From assembly GCA_000320545.1 (NCBI GenBank), contig ADNK01001860.1:62001-126000 (forward strand): a DNA stretch of 64,000 nt. Direction: 5' to 3'. The notes beneath the pieces were generated by a model. That model ran no database searches and had not been told where the DNA came from. It saw only the letters and a list, made by a program, of their open reading frames with translations. The translations under genes were made by a program, and so were the position numbers. This document shows, in pieces, positions 12,077 to 25,038 of this stretch (the stretch's first letter is position 1; each line of letters starts with the position of its first letter). The DNA comes from Bigelowiella natans CCMP2755 (lineage: Eukaryota > Protista > Cercozoa).

Positions 12077-12850
12077 TGAGATCGATATTTCTAATTTACC
12101 CACACCACAATACTTCTTCCAATAGCTCCACGGTTCCCGGGATCTTAAGCTTGATTCAGTCCTCAGGGTCTGGCGGTGTCTGTGCTTCGAATGGATCGCA
12201 TCCTTTGTTCCCCGTCCCGTTATATTTCGTTGCTCTTGCACTCGTCCTTCTGGTAAGATTTGCTTCTACACATATTGTCGAGATTACGAAGCATTACTGC
12301 CTTCTTCTTCGCTACATGTCAACTTTTTGGTCTGAAACAGATGAATGACAACTCTTTTGTCATGAATACAATCCTGCCTCGGTAACTTGTTCAAATCATC
12401 CCTCCTCCCTCCTCCTCCGCTTTTAGGCCAGCTCTTTGGCATTCCACTCCCTCCATCGTATCAGTTCCGCATCTTTTGTAGCCACTGCTGCTTCTTGCGT
12501 TAGTACAACATGAATTGCTATAACCATCATCATCATCAATATCATCAATTTCATCATCAATATCATCATCATCAATATCATCATCAATATCACCACCTTT
12601 TCGTGATCGCCTAACGAAAACAAAAAACAACAACACCAATAACGGCAGCAGCAACAGCAGCAGCAGCAGCACGAGGAGGGTCTCCTGGACTACGTTCCTT
12701 CGCAGTACTCCGCTAACATGTCATTCAGCGGGACAACTGAGTATAAGAAGCTGCAAGCTGGTCGATTGCTCTGTATCTAGCATGATTCATACATACATGC
12801 AATTCGTGCTATCAAACATCGTTCAGAAAAAAATTCAATGCATGCCTCCA

Positions 12851-12887
<37 letters not shown>

Positions 12888-13471
12888 GATAGCACAGTAA
12901 CGTAAAGGAAAGTGACCTACTGTTATCCCATATGTGTAGCTGCCTGTAGTTTGCTCCTTCTCCTTCTCCTTGGCCCCCCGTCCCCTCCCCCCCCCCTTGG
13001 AGCAGCGTCACGCTGCTCTCGATCGTGACCCCACTTGACAACCAATCGCCACCCCCCATCAGCTGGGAACATCATAGAATCTTTGGAGAGACTCGATAAT
13101 GACTCTGGCTCGGAGACGGGGGAGGGGCGCATGCTGGAGGTCAATGGTTTAAATGACTTAGGAGTGGGATTAGATGATACTTCGAGTTCTCTGAGTGTGC
13201 TCGAAACGACAACGAGACCAAGGCTTTCGTTCGCAATCTATGCTGTAATTGCGGTGCTCGGGTACTACAAATCAAATAGGCCAACGCTGATAACCTACAT
13301 CGATTTGCATGCTTCAACAGCAATACCAGCAGACATCGGAACAATTCTCAATTATTATCATCGTTGTACTCCTCGTGATCATCATCGTCTTCAGCACCAT
13401 CATCATCACGCATACTCTAATTATCTGTCAAGGATAAATATACAAAAATATGATATTGTACACATACACAC

Positions 13472-13507
<36 letters not shown>

Positions 13508-15148
13508 TATACATTCTAAGCTAAATTCATCTTGTTGTCGTCGTCGTCATCGTTATTACACAATCAGCTTCCTGCAAAATGGCGTGTTACCAACAATCAT
13601 CCCTCTGGTCTCGAAGTTATATACTCCGTGCACGTATGGGGTACTAGCAGTAGCAATAGTAGGAGCAATAATAATAGTTGTTGATTTAGATACGGGATGT
13701 GAGGCAAACACCTATCATAGCATTTCTATTCCATCAGCACCAGTCGTGGCCTTATCATATTACTCTTCTACAATAAGCACAGTAGCATTGCCATCAGTTT
13801 TCAGATGTTTTCGCATGGTGTGGCGAGTGCAGCAGCCGGCATCATACACATCAGTAGCTCAATCGCTCTGACGCATGAATAAGAATACGAATGGCGTGAT
13901 TGGTGGAATGATCGAAGTCATCAAGCCATTATCATCACCACCACCATCAGCATCGTCATAACTAGATACATGATTTCCATTTTGTTATGTTTCTTCCTTC
14001 CACTCCTCCTCCTCCTCCTCTTCTCCCCTCCCTCTCACCACCCTACTTAGGCTACGAATAGCACGGCACTGACACTATCACCTCTCTTCTCGCTGCTGGT
14101 CATGTGGCGTCCTTTTCGGAGCCAGAAGGAGGCTGTCATTTCGGTGAGTATCAGCCAACGATAGAGTGACTCCACGTTTCCTTAACAGATCATCACTGAG
14201 TATGATGATAATGATGATGATGATGATGATGTTCATCGGATACAATAGACTTCCGCGATCGGTGTTGGTTCTCTATACATTTTAACGCTAGCATTCCTCC
14301 AGACCAGAGCACCGATGGTATCAGTTGTCGGCAAGACAATCATCTCATTACCCGACATATGCATTATCATCATCATCATCATCATTATCATTATCATTTG
14401 GTGCTGCTATTATTTATGGTTTTTTCAGAGCTCCACAGCGAGCGGCGGTTACATCCACGGCATGGCTATTGTGATCATATCTTGCGCTACTGGTCATTGA
14501 CAAGCCTCAGAGAGAAAGAGAAAATGAGGGGGGGTGGGGGGGTAAAGGGCGTGAGAAGATAGTGGAAGAATGCTGTGCCGCCACAAAGAAATAATAATCT
14601 AATCATAAATTATACATCATGACAGCATTCACGAAATCTGCAGCATTTCTCCTAGTCAGTAGAGGGGGGCACTCGATAGCAAAATCCTTCCCACGGCGAT
14701 TTAAGCATGGAAATAGCAGCCCAATAGCGATTGTTTTGGGCGCCGAGGAGAGAGGCGTCGTTGGAAACGAGGAGGAAGACCCAAGAGCAGAAAAACAAAC
14801 AGGCGACCAGAAATCGCAGGGGTTCATCTTTCACGGGAACCATCGTGATGACAGGGGCCTCGATGATGGGGAAGGGGGAGAAGAAGGTCGGCGGCGGCGC
14901 AAACGACTTGAATGGGCCGGCATTGTCACGCAGGTAGTTTTTGCATCAGTTGTTGTTCTGTGGCCCACCGATCTTCATGGATTAGAGAAGTACATGCAGC
15001 TGGTCATAATTGCCTTTCATTCCTCGTGGAAAAATAATATCGATGGAACATCTAAGACCCGTCCATAATATTTCAGGTTGGATCTTTCGTTGGCGCTGCG
15101 CTCATATACATCATTGTATATCACACAGACTGGGTCGTCACTAATTAA
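11204..15148 (+). CDS. SLC52/RFVT-family riboflavin transporter
   Basis: MPSNVGVYLHMLVFGLGSWIA|INGIYAELPFMVNDLPEGYAIAATLGVAIQ|LGNVAPLLY...VDSTSSVVFWPFASRF...ALATGEAL|SSTVPGILSLIQ...FLQNGVLPTI...WAGIVTQ|VGSFVGAALIYIIVYHTDWVVTN*, matching SLC52 motifs. Confidence 0.88.
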
Positions 15149-15496
15149 GACGGTCTTACTTTAAACTCAATGCTACTCAATTGAATGCTGCTAGAAAGGA
15201 CGCTCTTGCGAGCTTGAATTTCACAATGCGTATAGACAGCCGGACGACATAGAAGGCACATTGTACTTGTGACCTAGCAGGCATGTGAATGCATTTATGT
15301 TTTGGAAATTCTCAGAAAACACGTAGAAATTCCGAAATGCTGCAGATGCATCACGCTAGCTTTGCAAGCTGCGAGCTCAACCCATTCGCTGGTACGAGGA
15401 AGCTTCACACATGCTAGCATGATGGAGTCATGATCGATACATGCACATGTGTCGTCACCATGTCTAATAAAGATAGTGTCTAGACGTACATGTATG

Positions 15497-15555
<59 letters not shown>

Positions 15556-15705
15556 AGAGTCTCATTATGCGCTTATATGGCGTCAATTCTAGAGCATGCG
15601 CATGCAAAGATCAGTTCTAGTTGCCGATTAACGCATGTCATGCATGAGTGTTTAACTGAGATCGAACGTATCGTACGTACATGCTAGCATGTATGTCCAG
15701 CGAGT

Positions 15706-15776
<71 letters not shown>

Positions 15777-18658
15777 CACGCGCGCGCGCATATACACGAG
15801 TATTGCCAGTGAATAATACGCATGCTGCTTAAATGCACGACCTACCTAGTTTCTAGTCATCATGTGCCTCGAATATGTGGCATTACATATGATCCCCAAG
15901 TTGTTCCTCCTAGCTACTTCACAAGCCACGTTTCGCTCCTCTAGGTTCGGCCATGCGATTGTAGCCCACTTTTAAACCGCGCGGATCGATGCCTAGATAG
16001 TCGATGGAAGAGAACAACATAAGGAGAAGAGAGGAAGACATCGTCCTCTGAGCAAAATCTAGCTGCTTAGAAAAGTATTCCGCATTTCGCATTCTGAAAA
16101 ACAACGGAGTCGCACCCAATTCTCCCCCGCCCCTCCCCCTTCTCTTCTTCCATCCAGATTCTTCTTCATTGGTGAGTGGGTGAACAACCTTGTGCCCGCA
16201 GCTTATCTTTCTGGTTCTTGCGCGAGAAGCTAAGGCAGTGATCAAGGGCGGGGAAACGCAATAAAGGGAGGGAAGGTGGCAGGAAGAGGAAGGGAAAGAG
16301 AAATAGTGCTAAGTATATTTTGCAACAAGTACTGCATAGGGATGGAAACTCTCATAATGCAGCAATGAGGGCTGAGAGAGCCTTGGAGAAAGCCAGACGA
16401 AGGAGAAGAAGAAGAAGAAGAAGAAGAAGAAGAAGAAGAGCAGGAGGAGGCGAAACATAGGAAGAAGAAGGACAATAAAGAGCAGGGAAGAAATCTTAAG
16501 ACCTGTGTTGTTTGTGCTCCTCCTTCGTCTTCTGAATAGCCCACCGTCTTCCACGTCCATGTTTAACACGCATATCTCTTCGAGCTTTCTCCTGCACAAT
16601 TTTGATTAATTGTATTGATATTATTGTGCTGTAGCTGTTGGTGTTGTTGTTGTGGTTGTTGGGCTCGCGTGACGTCACCGAGCAACCACGATAGAGGGGT
16701 TTGCGTGTACCAATTCGCTATATTTTAACGATGGAAATAATGAAGGGATCGATGATTATGTTCCTGTAAATCGACTGAGACTACATCGTCTTAAAAAAAT
16801 TTATCGATGGTTTCGCCATCATCATTCAACATCAATCCCCCCGTATTATAACGATGAGGACAGCATCGATACCAAGAAATAATGGGAAAGGAGAAGGGGG
16901 GGGAGGAAGAAGAGTTGATGAGGTCTTTTCCTCTTTTATTTGTTTACATTTATTTATTTTTATCTCCTTGCACAATCATCCTCTTCTCGTCATCGTCGCT
17001 ACTTGCCTTTTGGACGATCCAGTGTGGAACCCATTTCGGCTTTGGCTGATAGCATGATCAGGAGGAGGGGGAGGAGAGAGAGTTTGTATGATGAGAAACA
17101 ACAACACTCAATCTAAGAGCATGGCAGTGCTATTCTTAAGTTGGGATGGAAGTGCGGCAGCATCGATGACTGCCTATAACTCATTCTCTTCGTCATTTGT
17201 GCTGCTGCTGCTGCTGCTGCAACAACTAACCGGAAGTAGAGGAATAGAGTCCCGCTTATCACGCCGTGCCTGGGCCTTGACGACAACGTCGTAGTACAAA
17301 TGAGAGAGAGAAAGAGAGAGAGAAAGGGCATGAAGAAAAAGAAGGGTGAGGAAAGACTACTGTCTAATTTTGTTTTATATGAACAGTTCTGGCCAACCGT
17401 GAGAACTACTACTACTTCTTCTACTATTACTACATCTACTACTACTACTACTACGACAACCACCTGCATCCTTTCTGCTTGTGCTCGTTTCCCCTCCTCA
17501 ATACGGTCTCTTGCCGATCCTACCATTCTCTCTAGCCCCATCAGTCGATTTTGCAGCAGATGATTTATGCCGCCAAGGCGTCCTTGAAGTGGTAAAACTG
17601 GAGATTCAGGTGGAGCGGCCAACCCTGGGAGAACACCTTGCAGCAGCATTAGCACGTTATCATCGTTGTAATATCATTAGTAGTAGTAGGAGAAGAAGAA
17701 GAAGAAGAGAAGAAGAAAAGAATGAGGAAGAGGAGAACGCACAAGCATACTATCAGAAAGAGTAAGGATCAGACTCTCAGTAGCACATTATATCTGCGTG
17801 CTGCTACATGCTGGCTGGCTGGCGATAACAAAGGCAAAACTAACAAAAGTGAAGTAGAACTGGGGGAAAGGGACACGAAGACTTATCATGGACGACTCAG
17901 AGGTGTACCTCGGCGCTCTCGTTTGAGCGAAGATGACATCCTTTCTGCCGCCGATGCTGCTGCTGCCCTTTTTGGGGACGAGAGAGCAGCAGAGCCAGAT
18001 CTGGAGCAAGTACAAAATATCGTGCAAAGTCAATCGATAGACACGCAACAACACACGGACGCAAGCGTACATTCCTCCTTGACATTCAGCCCAAACCGAA
18101 GCGAACGAGGCGGGGAAAACGAATTTTGTGTGACAAGCAAGAGCTTGTTTCAACGCAGCATGTACAATAAACCGTGTGGCGCATACAATTCAAACAAATG
18201 ATAGCCAAACGTGTACATTGAACACCATATTGTGGTAGTTGTGGTAAACCAAGCTGTTTACCTCGCTCCCTGAGCAGCCTTTACCGCCATCTGCTGCTTC
18301 TTGATTTGAGGGCCAAAGGTTGCTGGGGAGGGTGAATCGTTGTTACGAAGACAGAGAAGAAGAAGAAGAAGAAGCATATGTTCTTATGATGGAAAGCGGG
18401 GGGGTGGTGATGAAAGAGATGATGAGAGGAGAGGGGGGAGGGGGGGCGAGGATGCTATCTAGCTACTACTACTACTACTACTACTACTATTTCCTCTTTG
18501 TTTGTGCGCAACAATCGTCGTTATGTAAAGATGATGATATATGGCAACTATAGCTGCTGCTGTTACCCATATCATCCTGCAGTTGTGCATTTTCCTTCGC
18601 CAAAGACTTAGCCATACTCTCTACTTCCTCCAAGCCTTTAGTGGTGGTGGTGGTGGTT

Positions 18659-18696
<38 letters not shown>

Positions 18697-18834
18697 CATG
18701 GGCAGCAATTGTTCGCCATTGGAAGAAGCAAGAGGGGGGAGGAGGGAAAGATGGAGAAAATAGGTTAATATATTTAAAAGACGTGTTCGATATGCTACTA
18801 CTGTCCATACAGACACACACACGCAGTATTTATG

Positions 18835-18873
<39 letters not shown>

Positions 18874-19412
18874 GAATATAGTGGGAAAGGTTTGTTTATC
18901 ATAGTGCCTTTTTCGTCCTGTTTCTTCTTCTTTTTCCTCGCTCTCTCAGGGTTGTCCTCCTGCTACCACACACACACACACACACACACATACATACATA
19001 CTGATCAAAGCTTGTTGATGATTTAATTGGACGCTCTTTGATCCTCTTGCAACGGAAGAGAATGCAACCAAAGCCATGTCGCGAATATACTGACATGCTA
19101 GCATTCACTCGCCCGCAGATTGGCGAAATGTACGCACACGCCGATGCAGTATACCTCGCTGCTATCATCGTCTTCAGAGACGTAATCAGGTTTGTTCTCT
19201 TCCAGCAAATGAAGGGGTACCTGCAACATAAAGTGCAAAAGAAGGAAAATAAGAGAAAAGGAGGGGGTGGGGAAGAAGGGGCAGAGAATAGACTAGAAGG
19301 TACACAGAATAAAGGTTTCACGTAGTAATTCATTTCCGGCTTGCAACTAATCTATTATCTCTGTTTTCCTCGCCTCCTCCTCCTCACCTCCACCCTACTA
19401 TGAGAGCGTTGT

Positions 19413-19458
<46 letters not shown>

Positions 19459-19638
19459 GTTTATGTGTATGTTTGTATGTGTTTGCGTTTGTGTGATTCG
19501 TGTTCGTGTAGTAGTGGGGCACTGACCGACTGATATTTGGCAGCATGGTACTTATTTCTCGTGATGTTAAAAGCTTGATCGTAGACCGGAACTCTGGTGG
19601 ATGATGATGATGATGATGATGATGATCATGATGATCAT

Positions 19639-19677
<39 letters not shown>

Positions 19678-20003
19678 CGCGTACGATGACATAGTAATCG
19701 GAATAGCGATAGGAAGAAGGTCACAATAATGTTTTGAACGTTTGTTGTGGCGTGCTCCTCCTCCTCCTCCTTTCCTCTTCTAGCGATATTTTAAGTTATG
19801 TAGGCTATCAATCTCTTTCTCTCTCTCTCTCTATGCTGCTTCTCTTTGATTGTTGTGGATGAAGATATTAATGATGATGTTTATGATGATGGTGATGATG
19901 ATAATGATGTTTTCCTTCCATTGCTCTTACTTCTCGTGCTTCACGCCCACGCAAACAGCTATCGTTTCCTCCACATTCACAGGGTCTTCATGATTATATG
20001 GAT

Positions 20004-20040
<37 letters not shown>

Positions 20041-20282
20041 GTGTTGTGTACTAGTAGTATGATTTTTAAATTACTACTTGCACGGTAGTAACGGTAAAGC
20101 TCACATCGTAGTATCCATCATGCACAAATGTAGGGATGAATAGCGGAAAGTGCTACTACTCTCCACATATGCTACTGTTGCTAGGTGCGTCTACTATAAC
20201 GACTACTACTACAAGGCACTTCAGGGCAGCACACCTTTCGTGAAAGCCCACCCTTTTCCTGCAATAGAATAAATAGCAAGAT

Positions 20283-20325
<43 letters not shown>

Positions 20326-21936
20326 TGTGTGTGTGTAAGTGAAAAATAAAGACCATTTGCCAGGTGCAGAAAGACTTGGCCGTTGTCACCTTCCATCACC
20401 TATCCCGAGAAAATAATAATAGTCATCCATATTGTTATCATTATTATTGTTATCGTTATCACAACAACTACTACGACGTAGCAAATGCAGCAGGATGACG
20501 GCGGCCAATAGCTTTATCACCACAAAACCATTTATATCTCCTTGCACCCCCTTTCATCACATACGACGAAGGACACAAATATGCTACTACACACGCGTGT
20601 TTGGTGTTTATACAATTATCATTATCATCATCATCACCATCATTATATCATCATGCTCTCACCCTGTCCACATCAAATGTGCTTCCATCTGCTCCGACTG
20701 TTCCCGACCTCCTCTTTGCACCTGAAATAGGCGAGGAGGGGGCAAAAGTGTTTATGAGAGAGAGGGAGAGAGAGAGAGAAAATCTGTGTTGTCATCGTCG
20801 TCATCATCACCCCATGAATAATGAGCTATCCTACCTGCCATCGGTGCCGCTCGTATCCCTATTTCAGAGTACTGCGACTGGCGTGACATGCGGTACGTGT
20901 AAATGGGCCTCGTCTTCAGTCTAATATGTATTCGAATGATCAAAACGAACGAGGGGAGGAGAGAGAATGGAAGGAGGACACCGACAAGAAGAAATGTTTT
21001 GACAAATGTCAGCATTTGCATCCTTGTAATCATTATGATGATGATCATCATCAGAACCACAAGCATATATCGTGATATCCTAGTCATGCTGAATAACTTA
21101 CGTCACAGCGGCATGTTGCGACTCTTCCCTCTTCGCAGAATATACCTTAAACAATGCCAACACGTAAGGAAGTCATCGTCAGCAAAGCAGCAGGATTATG
21201 GGGATTTAATGCTATTAAAAGAGAGAGAGAGAGGGGGGGGGGGGGGAAGTGTGCTCACCTGTCCGATATGCTTGCTTTTCACTCGTAGTTTCTTGATCAC
21301 CTTGCCCCCACTGCCCAGCCCATCAGGGACTAATGGATTGTCATAATAACAACAGTAATAATCGAGGCAAAGATGTTTATGAACCAACAACATATCGATC
21401 TCGTGGAGAAGGTGAAAGTAACCGACCTTCCAAGGCCACTTCAAAGAGATCTTCTCCGAATATCTTGTGCACATGGCCAATCTTCCTGTTATACTTCTTG
21501 ATGAACCTCCCCTTCAGTCGCTCTATTTTGACCTACATGACATGCAAGAAGGAGATACAGAAGAAGAAGAAGAAGAAGAAGAAGAAGAAGAAGAAGAAGA
21601 AGAAGAAGAAGAGGGGGGGTGTGATGTGGGTCTGTGCGTGCTGTGTATAACGTGGGCCTAAGCTTTCTTTGGTCTTCCTTCTCCTCCTCCCCTCGTTAAC
21701 ACTATCTACCTGATCGCCAACAAGTAAAGGAAGAGCCTCGTAGTAGTCCCTGCGCCGCTTCGTTTTTGACCAAGGACGGACAGCGGGAACTTGATACATT
21801 AGGGAAGAGATGAGGGGGGGGGGGGAAGGAATCGTCAGCACAGCAGTGACAGTACACTGGACACAAGAGAAAGGACTATTTTTATTCGCTGGAGGTGAGG
21901 ATGTTTGGTTGATATTGTTCTATAAACAACACAGAA

Positions 21937-21975
<39 letters not shown>

Positions 21976-22150
21976 TACATGAGAATGAAAGAGAGAGAGA
22001 GAGAAAGGGAGAGAGAGAGAAAGAGAGAGAAGGGGAGAGGTAGAGAAATGCTTGATTGAATTGTAATGTGTGTGCGCGCGCGTGTGTGCATGTGCATGTG
22101 CATGTGTGTGTGTTTGTGTTTGTGTGTGCGTGCATATGTGTTTCTGCGTG
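12040..22150. repeat. Dense intronic microsatellites (TA, CA/TG, GA, CAT, TAC, GAA, GGA, CAG); similar zones at 29-33, 37-41, 47-49 and 56-62 kb
   Basis: Dozens of tracts of about 20-50 bp are directly visible. Confidence 0.95.
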
Positions 22151-22890
22151 CCTTTGCCCCTTTTTTTTATTTTCTTGCGCATCTTGTGTTTGATGTAAGA
22201 AGCGATCGCCATTTGAGTCTTGCGGTCGTACTGATCATAGAGGAAAGAGGAAAGATATGCAGATATACGTGTGTAATATGACATGTTGTGCGTGTGTTAC
22301 AATCTTAACGAAGTACTGCTAGGAAAGCAGCTTTCCCACCTTCTTGTACTTATTGCTCAACCCTTTGATTTGCCGCCGAAGGAGGACTCTGAGCATAGTT
22401 GGTAGTAGCAGTATTAGTACTACGCTTTACGTGGTGATCATGCTAACATTATTGGCAGGAAGAAACGTCAAATATTACCTAGGATTGGTATCAGTGTGAG
22501 TGCTGTATCCTGGGATGATACTGCGTGAGGAGGGCGAGGAGGATATCCAAAACGTGATGAAGATCTGAAGAGAAACACATCATCTTGTAGTCACATTAAA
22601 ATGTCACCAATATTGACATCGTCATCTTCCTTTGTTTCTAATGGTGTGATAAGATTATCTTATCTTGGAAACTTAATGAGAAAAGTTGAGCGAATGACCG
22701 TGGCTGCGGTGATAAGCCTGGATGGTGCCTGGTCACCCCTCTGTCGCTTGTATCCATCCCTCTCTTTTCCTCCTTCCTTCTTCCTCATATCTCCTCCAAT
22801 CACCACCAGGAAGAGGAAGCAGAAGAAGGAGGAGACTAATGACCCAGTACTAGTTAGATCTGGTGTCCATGGAAGCCATACTGTAGTACA
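15919..22890 (-). CDS. Unknown multi-exon protein (possibly two genes) with KOW/SH3-like segments and a coiled-coil exon
   Basis: GT-AG-bounded exon-like islands lie between microsatellite introns, e.g. LPLLVGDQ|VKIERLKGRFIKKYNRKIGHVHKIFGEDLFEVALEG, VMEGDNGQVFLHLANG|KRVGFHERC and KGLEEVESMAKSLAKENAQLQDDM. Both ends are uncertain. Confidence 0.45.
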
Positions 22891-23658
22891 TTGTGGTCAG
22901 TGTTAATTAGGGTTATGGCTGCTTGTGGATAGAAAAGACTTCGCCCCTCCCTTATGCTCTCCCCCGTCATTCAAATTCTAGAACACGAACCGTTCGGAAC
23001 TCCCGAAAGTTGTTGCTTGCATGTTGAAATCGTATCCACCCCCTCTCTCCCCCCCGCGTGCTCTGTTCTGCAGAGAGTGCTCTGTTCGGAAGCTCGGATG
23101 GGGCAGTGAATATTCGGTCAGAATTATGCAGATGTTTCGAGGTAAAGCGCGATCCGATAAGGGGAGAAGTTTTGGAATTAAAATATCAGATATTCTTAGT
23201 ATATATTTTCAAAATATGATCTTTGCATGATCCGTAGAATGTAAGCTCTTTCTGAAGTACGGCCACCGCATCTTGGTGGATAGGGAGGATATCGCCCGGG
23301 TGATTTAGAAATTTTCCGCGGCCATGCACCTACGTGATTTTATGTCGCTGAGAATGAACAAACTGCGTTTTCGAAGTTTTGTGTGCCGCTGCGAGCGACC
23401 GCAAAATTATTTTTGGAAAACTTTTCACGCCACCCTTGGATACTGGTGAGCGCCCCAGCAGGCTGGGGGGGGGTCATGTTTGCTAGGGGAGAAATAGGAG
23501 GGGATTCTAAGAGATACAGCCTGCACAATGGGGAAATGGCTTGAATATCAAATATTTCCAATTTGCACATTCGATTTCGATATCTCTCGATAAATTTACT
23601 GCTGGTTGCATCCTGAGCATGAGATTGAAAGTTTTACTTATTTTGTTGACTCTCAGCT

Positions 23659-24325
23659 ATGTCATATTCAACCAACCTCGGGGAGCCACCTTCCGTCAAT
23701 GAAAGCGGTGACTCGAAGTCAACTCCGGCTGCAGTCGCAACAGGTGTCACACTTCCTGGCCCCAAGCCACTGAGCAGCACGATCTGGGATTCTGCGAAAG
23801 GTCACCTACAAAACACTCTTGTTCCTCCCAAATATTTCGCTTCTTTCTTCCTATTACGTGTCCGTATTGGATTAATCAGCCTTGATTTGATCCCGTCGCA
23901 GATATCAACCGCAAGTCTGGAGCTACAGAGAGTTCTGACTACGAGATTGTGAACGGATTGCCAAGATACACCGGCGCTAAATATGGCGCACAGCATCCCA
24001 TCGTTAAACTTGAGAAAGCTCACGATTTCACGAAGTATGAAAGGAATATAGAAAGAGGACAAGCAACCATTCGGATGGATTTCTTTTTTTTCCTTTGAAA
24101 CTCCTTTTCCCCAATGAAATGGATTTCTGAGCGAGCAAGGTTAACCTAGAACGTTTATTTATTATCAGGGAGAAGATCAAGTGGGAGGGACGTGTCCGGT
24201 ACATCCGTAAGCACCTCACACATTGCTACATGAAAGAAGGAGTCAATCATTATAAGTATTGTCGGGGATTGGCTGAGCGATACATGAAGGAGCTCAGTGC
24301 GGAACCAAAATGGACTGGATTCTAG
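23659..24325 (+). CDS. NDUFB10: Mitochondrial complex I subunit NDUFB10 (PDSW)-like
   Basis: C-terminal exons give ERAR|EKIKWEGRVRYIRKHLTHCYMKEGVNHYKYCRGLAERYMKEL, matching the CYxxEGVNHxxxC motif of NDUFB10. Confidence 0.8.
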
Positions 24326-25038
24326 GCGATTATCGCATTTAGAACCAAGCACCTTAAGAAGAAAAAGAGGGGCATGATGCTGCTGTGGGCTGCAGGGTAG
24401 TGCTAGTAATAGTGGTAGTGATGAGTTTCGAAAGAATTGATACAATTGTAGCCGCTATAACAGCTCGTAGACTAAATTGATCGTCAGACTTGTCTGTGAT
24501 ACGATCGCACTACCAACCTTAATTATCCTCTGTTATTGCATGTAAGAATCTGGAAATAATCGTACACTCAAGCGCAAGAGATCCGCATGTTTACAATGTA
24601 CCACGCAGAGAAGCATGCGCCTTGAATATGTACTACTTCGTATGCTGTGTCTATTGTCGCGTAGCAGCGCCGCCTCTATGCACGACAGGACGTCCTAGAC
24701 GTATCGAACCATTGATCACACTGCTCAAATTGCTGCGCATGCATGTCTAGATGTCTTCTTGTTCGCATCACTTCACACCAAATGCATGATGACTAGATGA
24801 GCATCTGTGCATGCGCTGCTACATTTTGTCACTCTAGCACTGTCGGAGCTATGTGATGTAGCACTGGCATGCCCACACTATGATGGACATGCAATTATCA
24901 CTTGACATGTGTGCAAGGCAGAGCATTTACTAGCTTGCAATCTAGACGCAAAAATGCATGTGCAAGCTTGTCAAGATCTACCCACTCCACCATCAACCTA
25001 GCTAACCCCTTCAGAGGAGAGGAGAAGGTCCATGTCTT

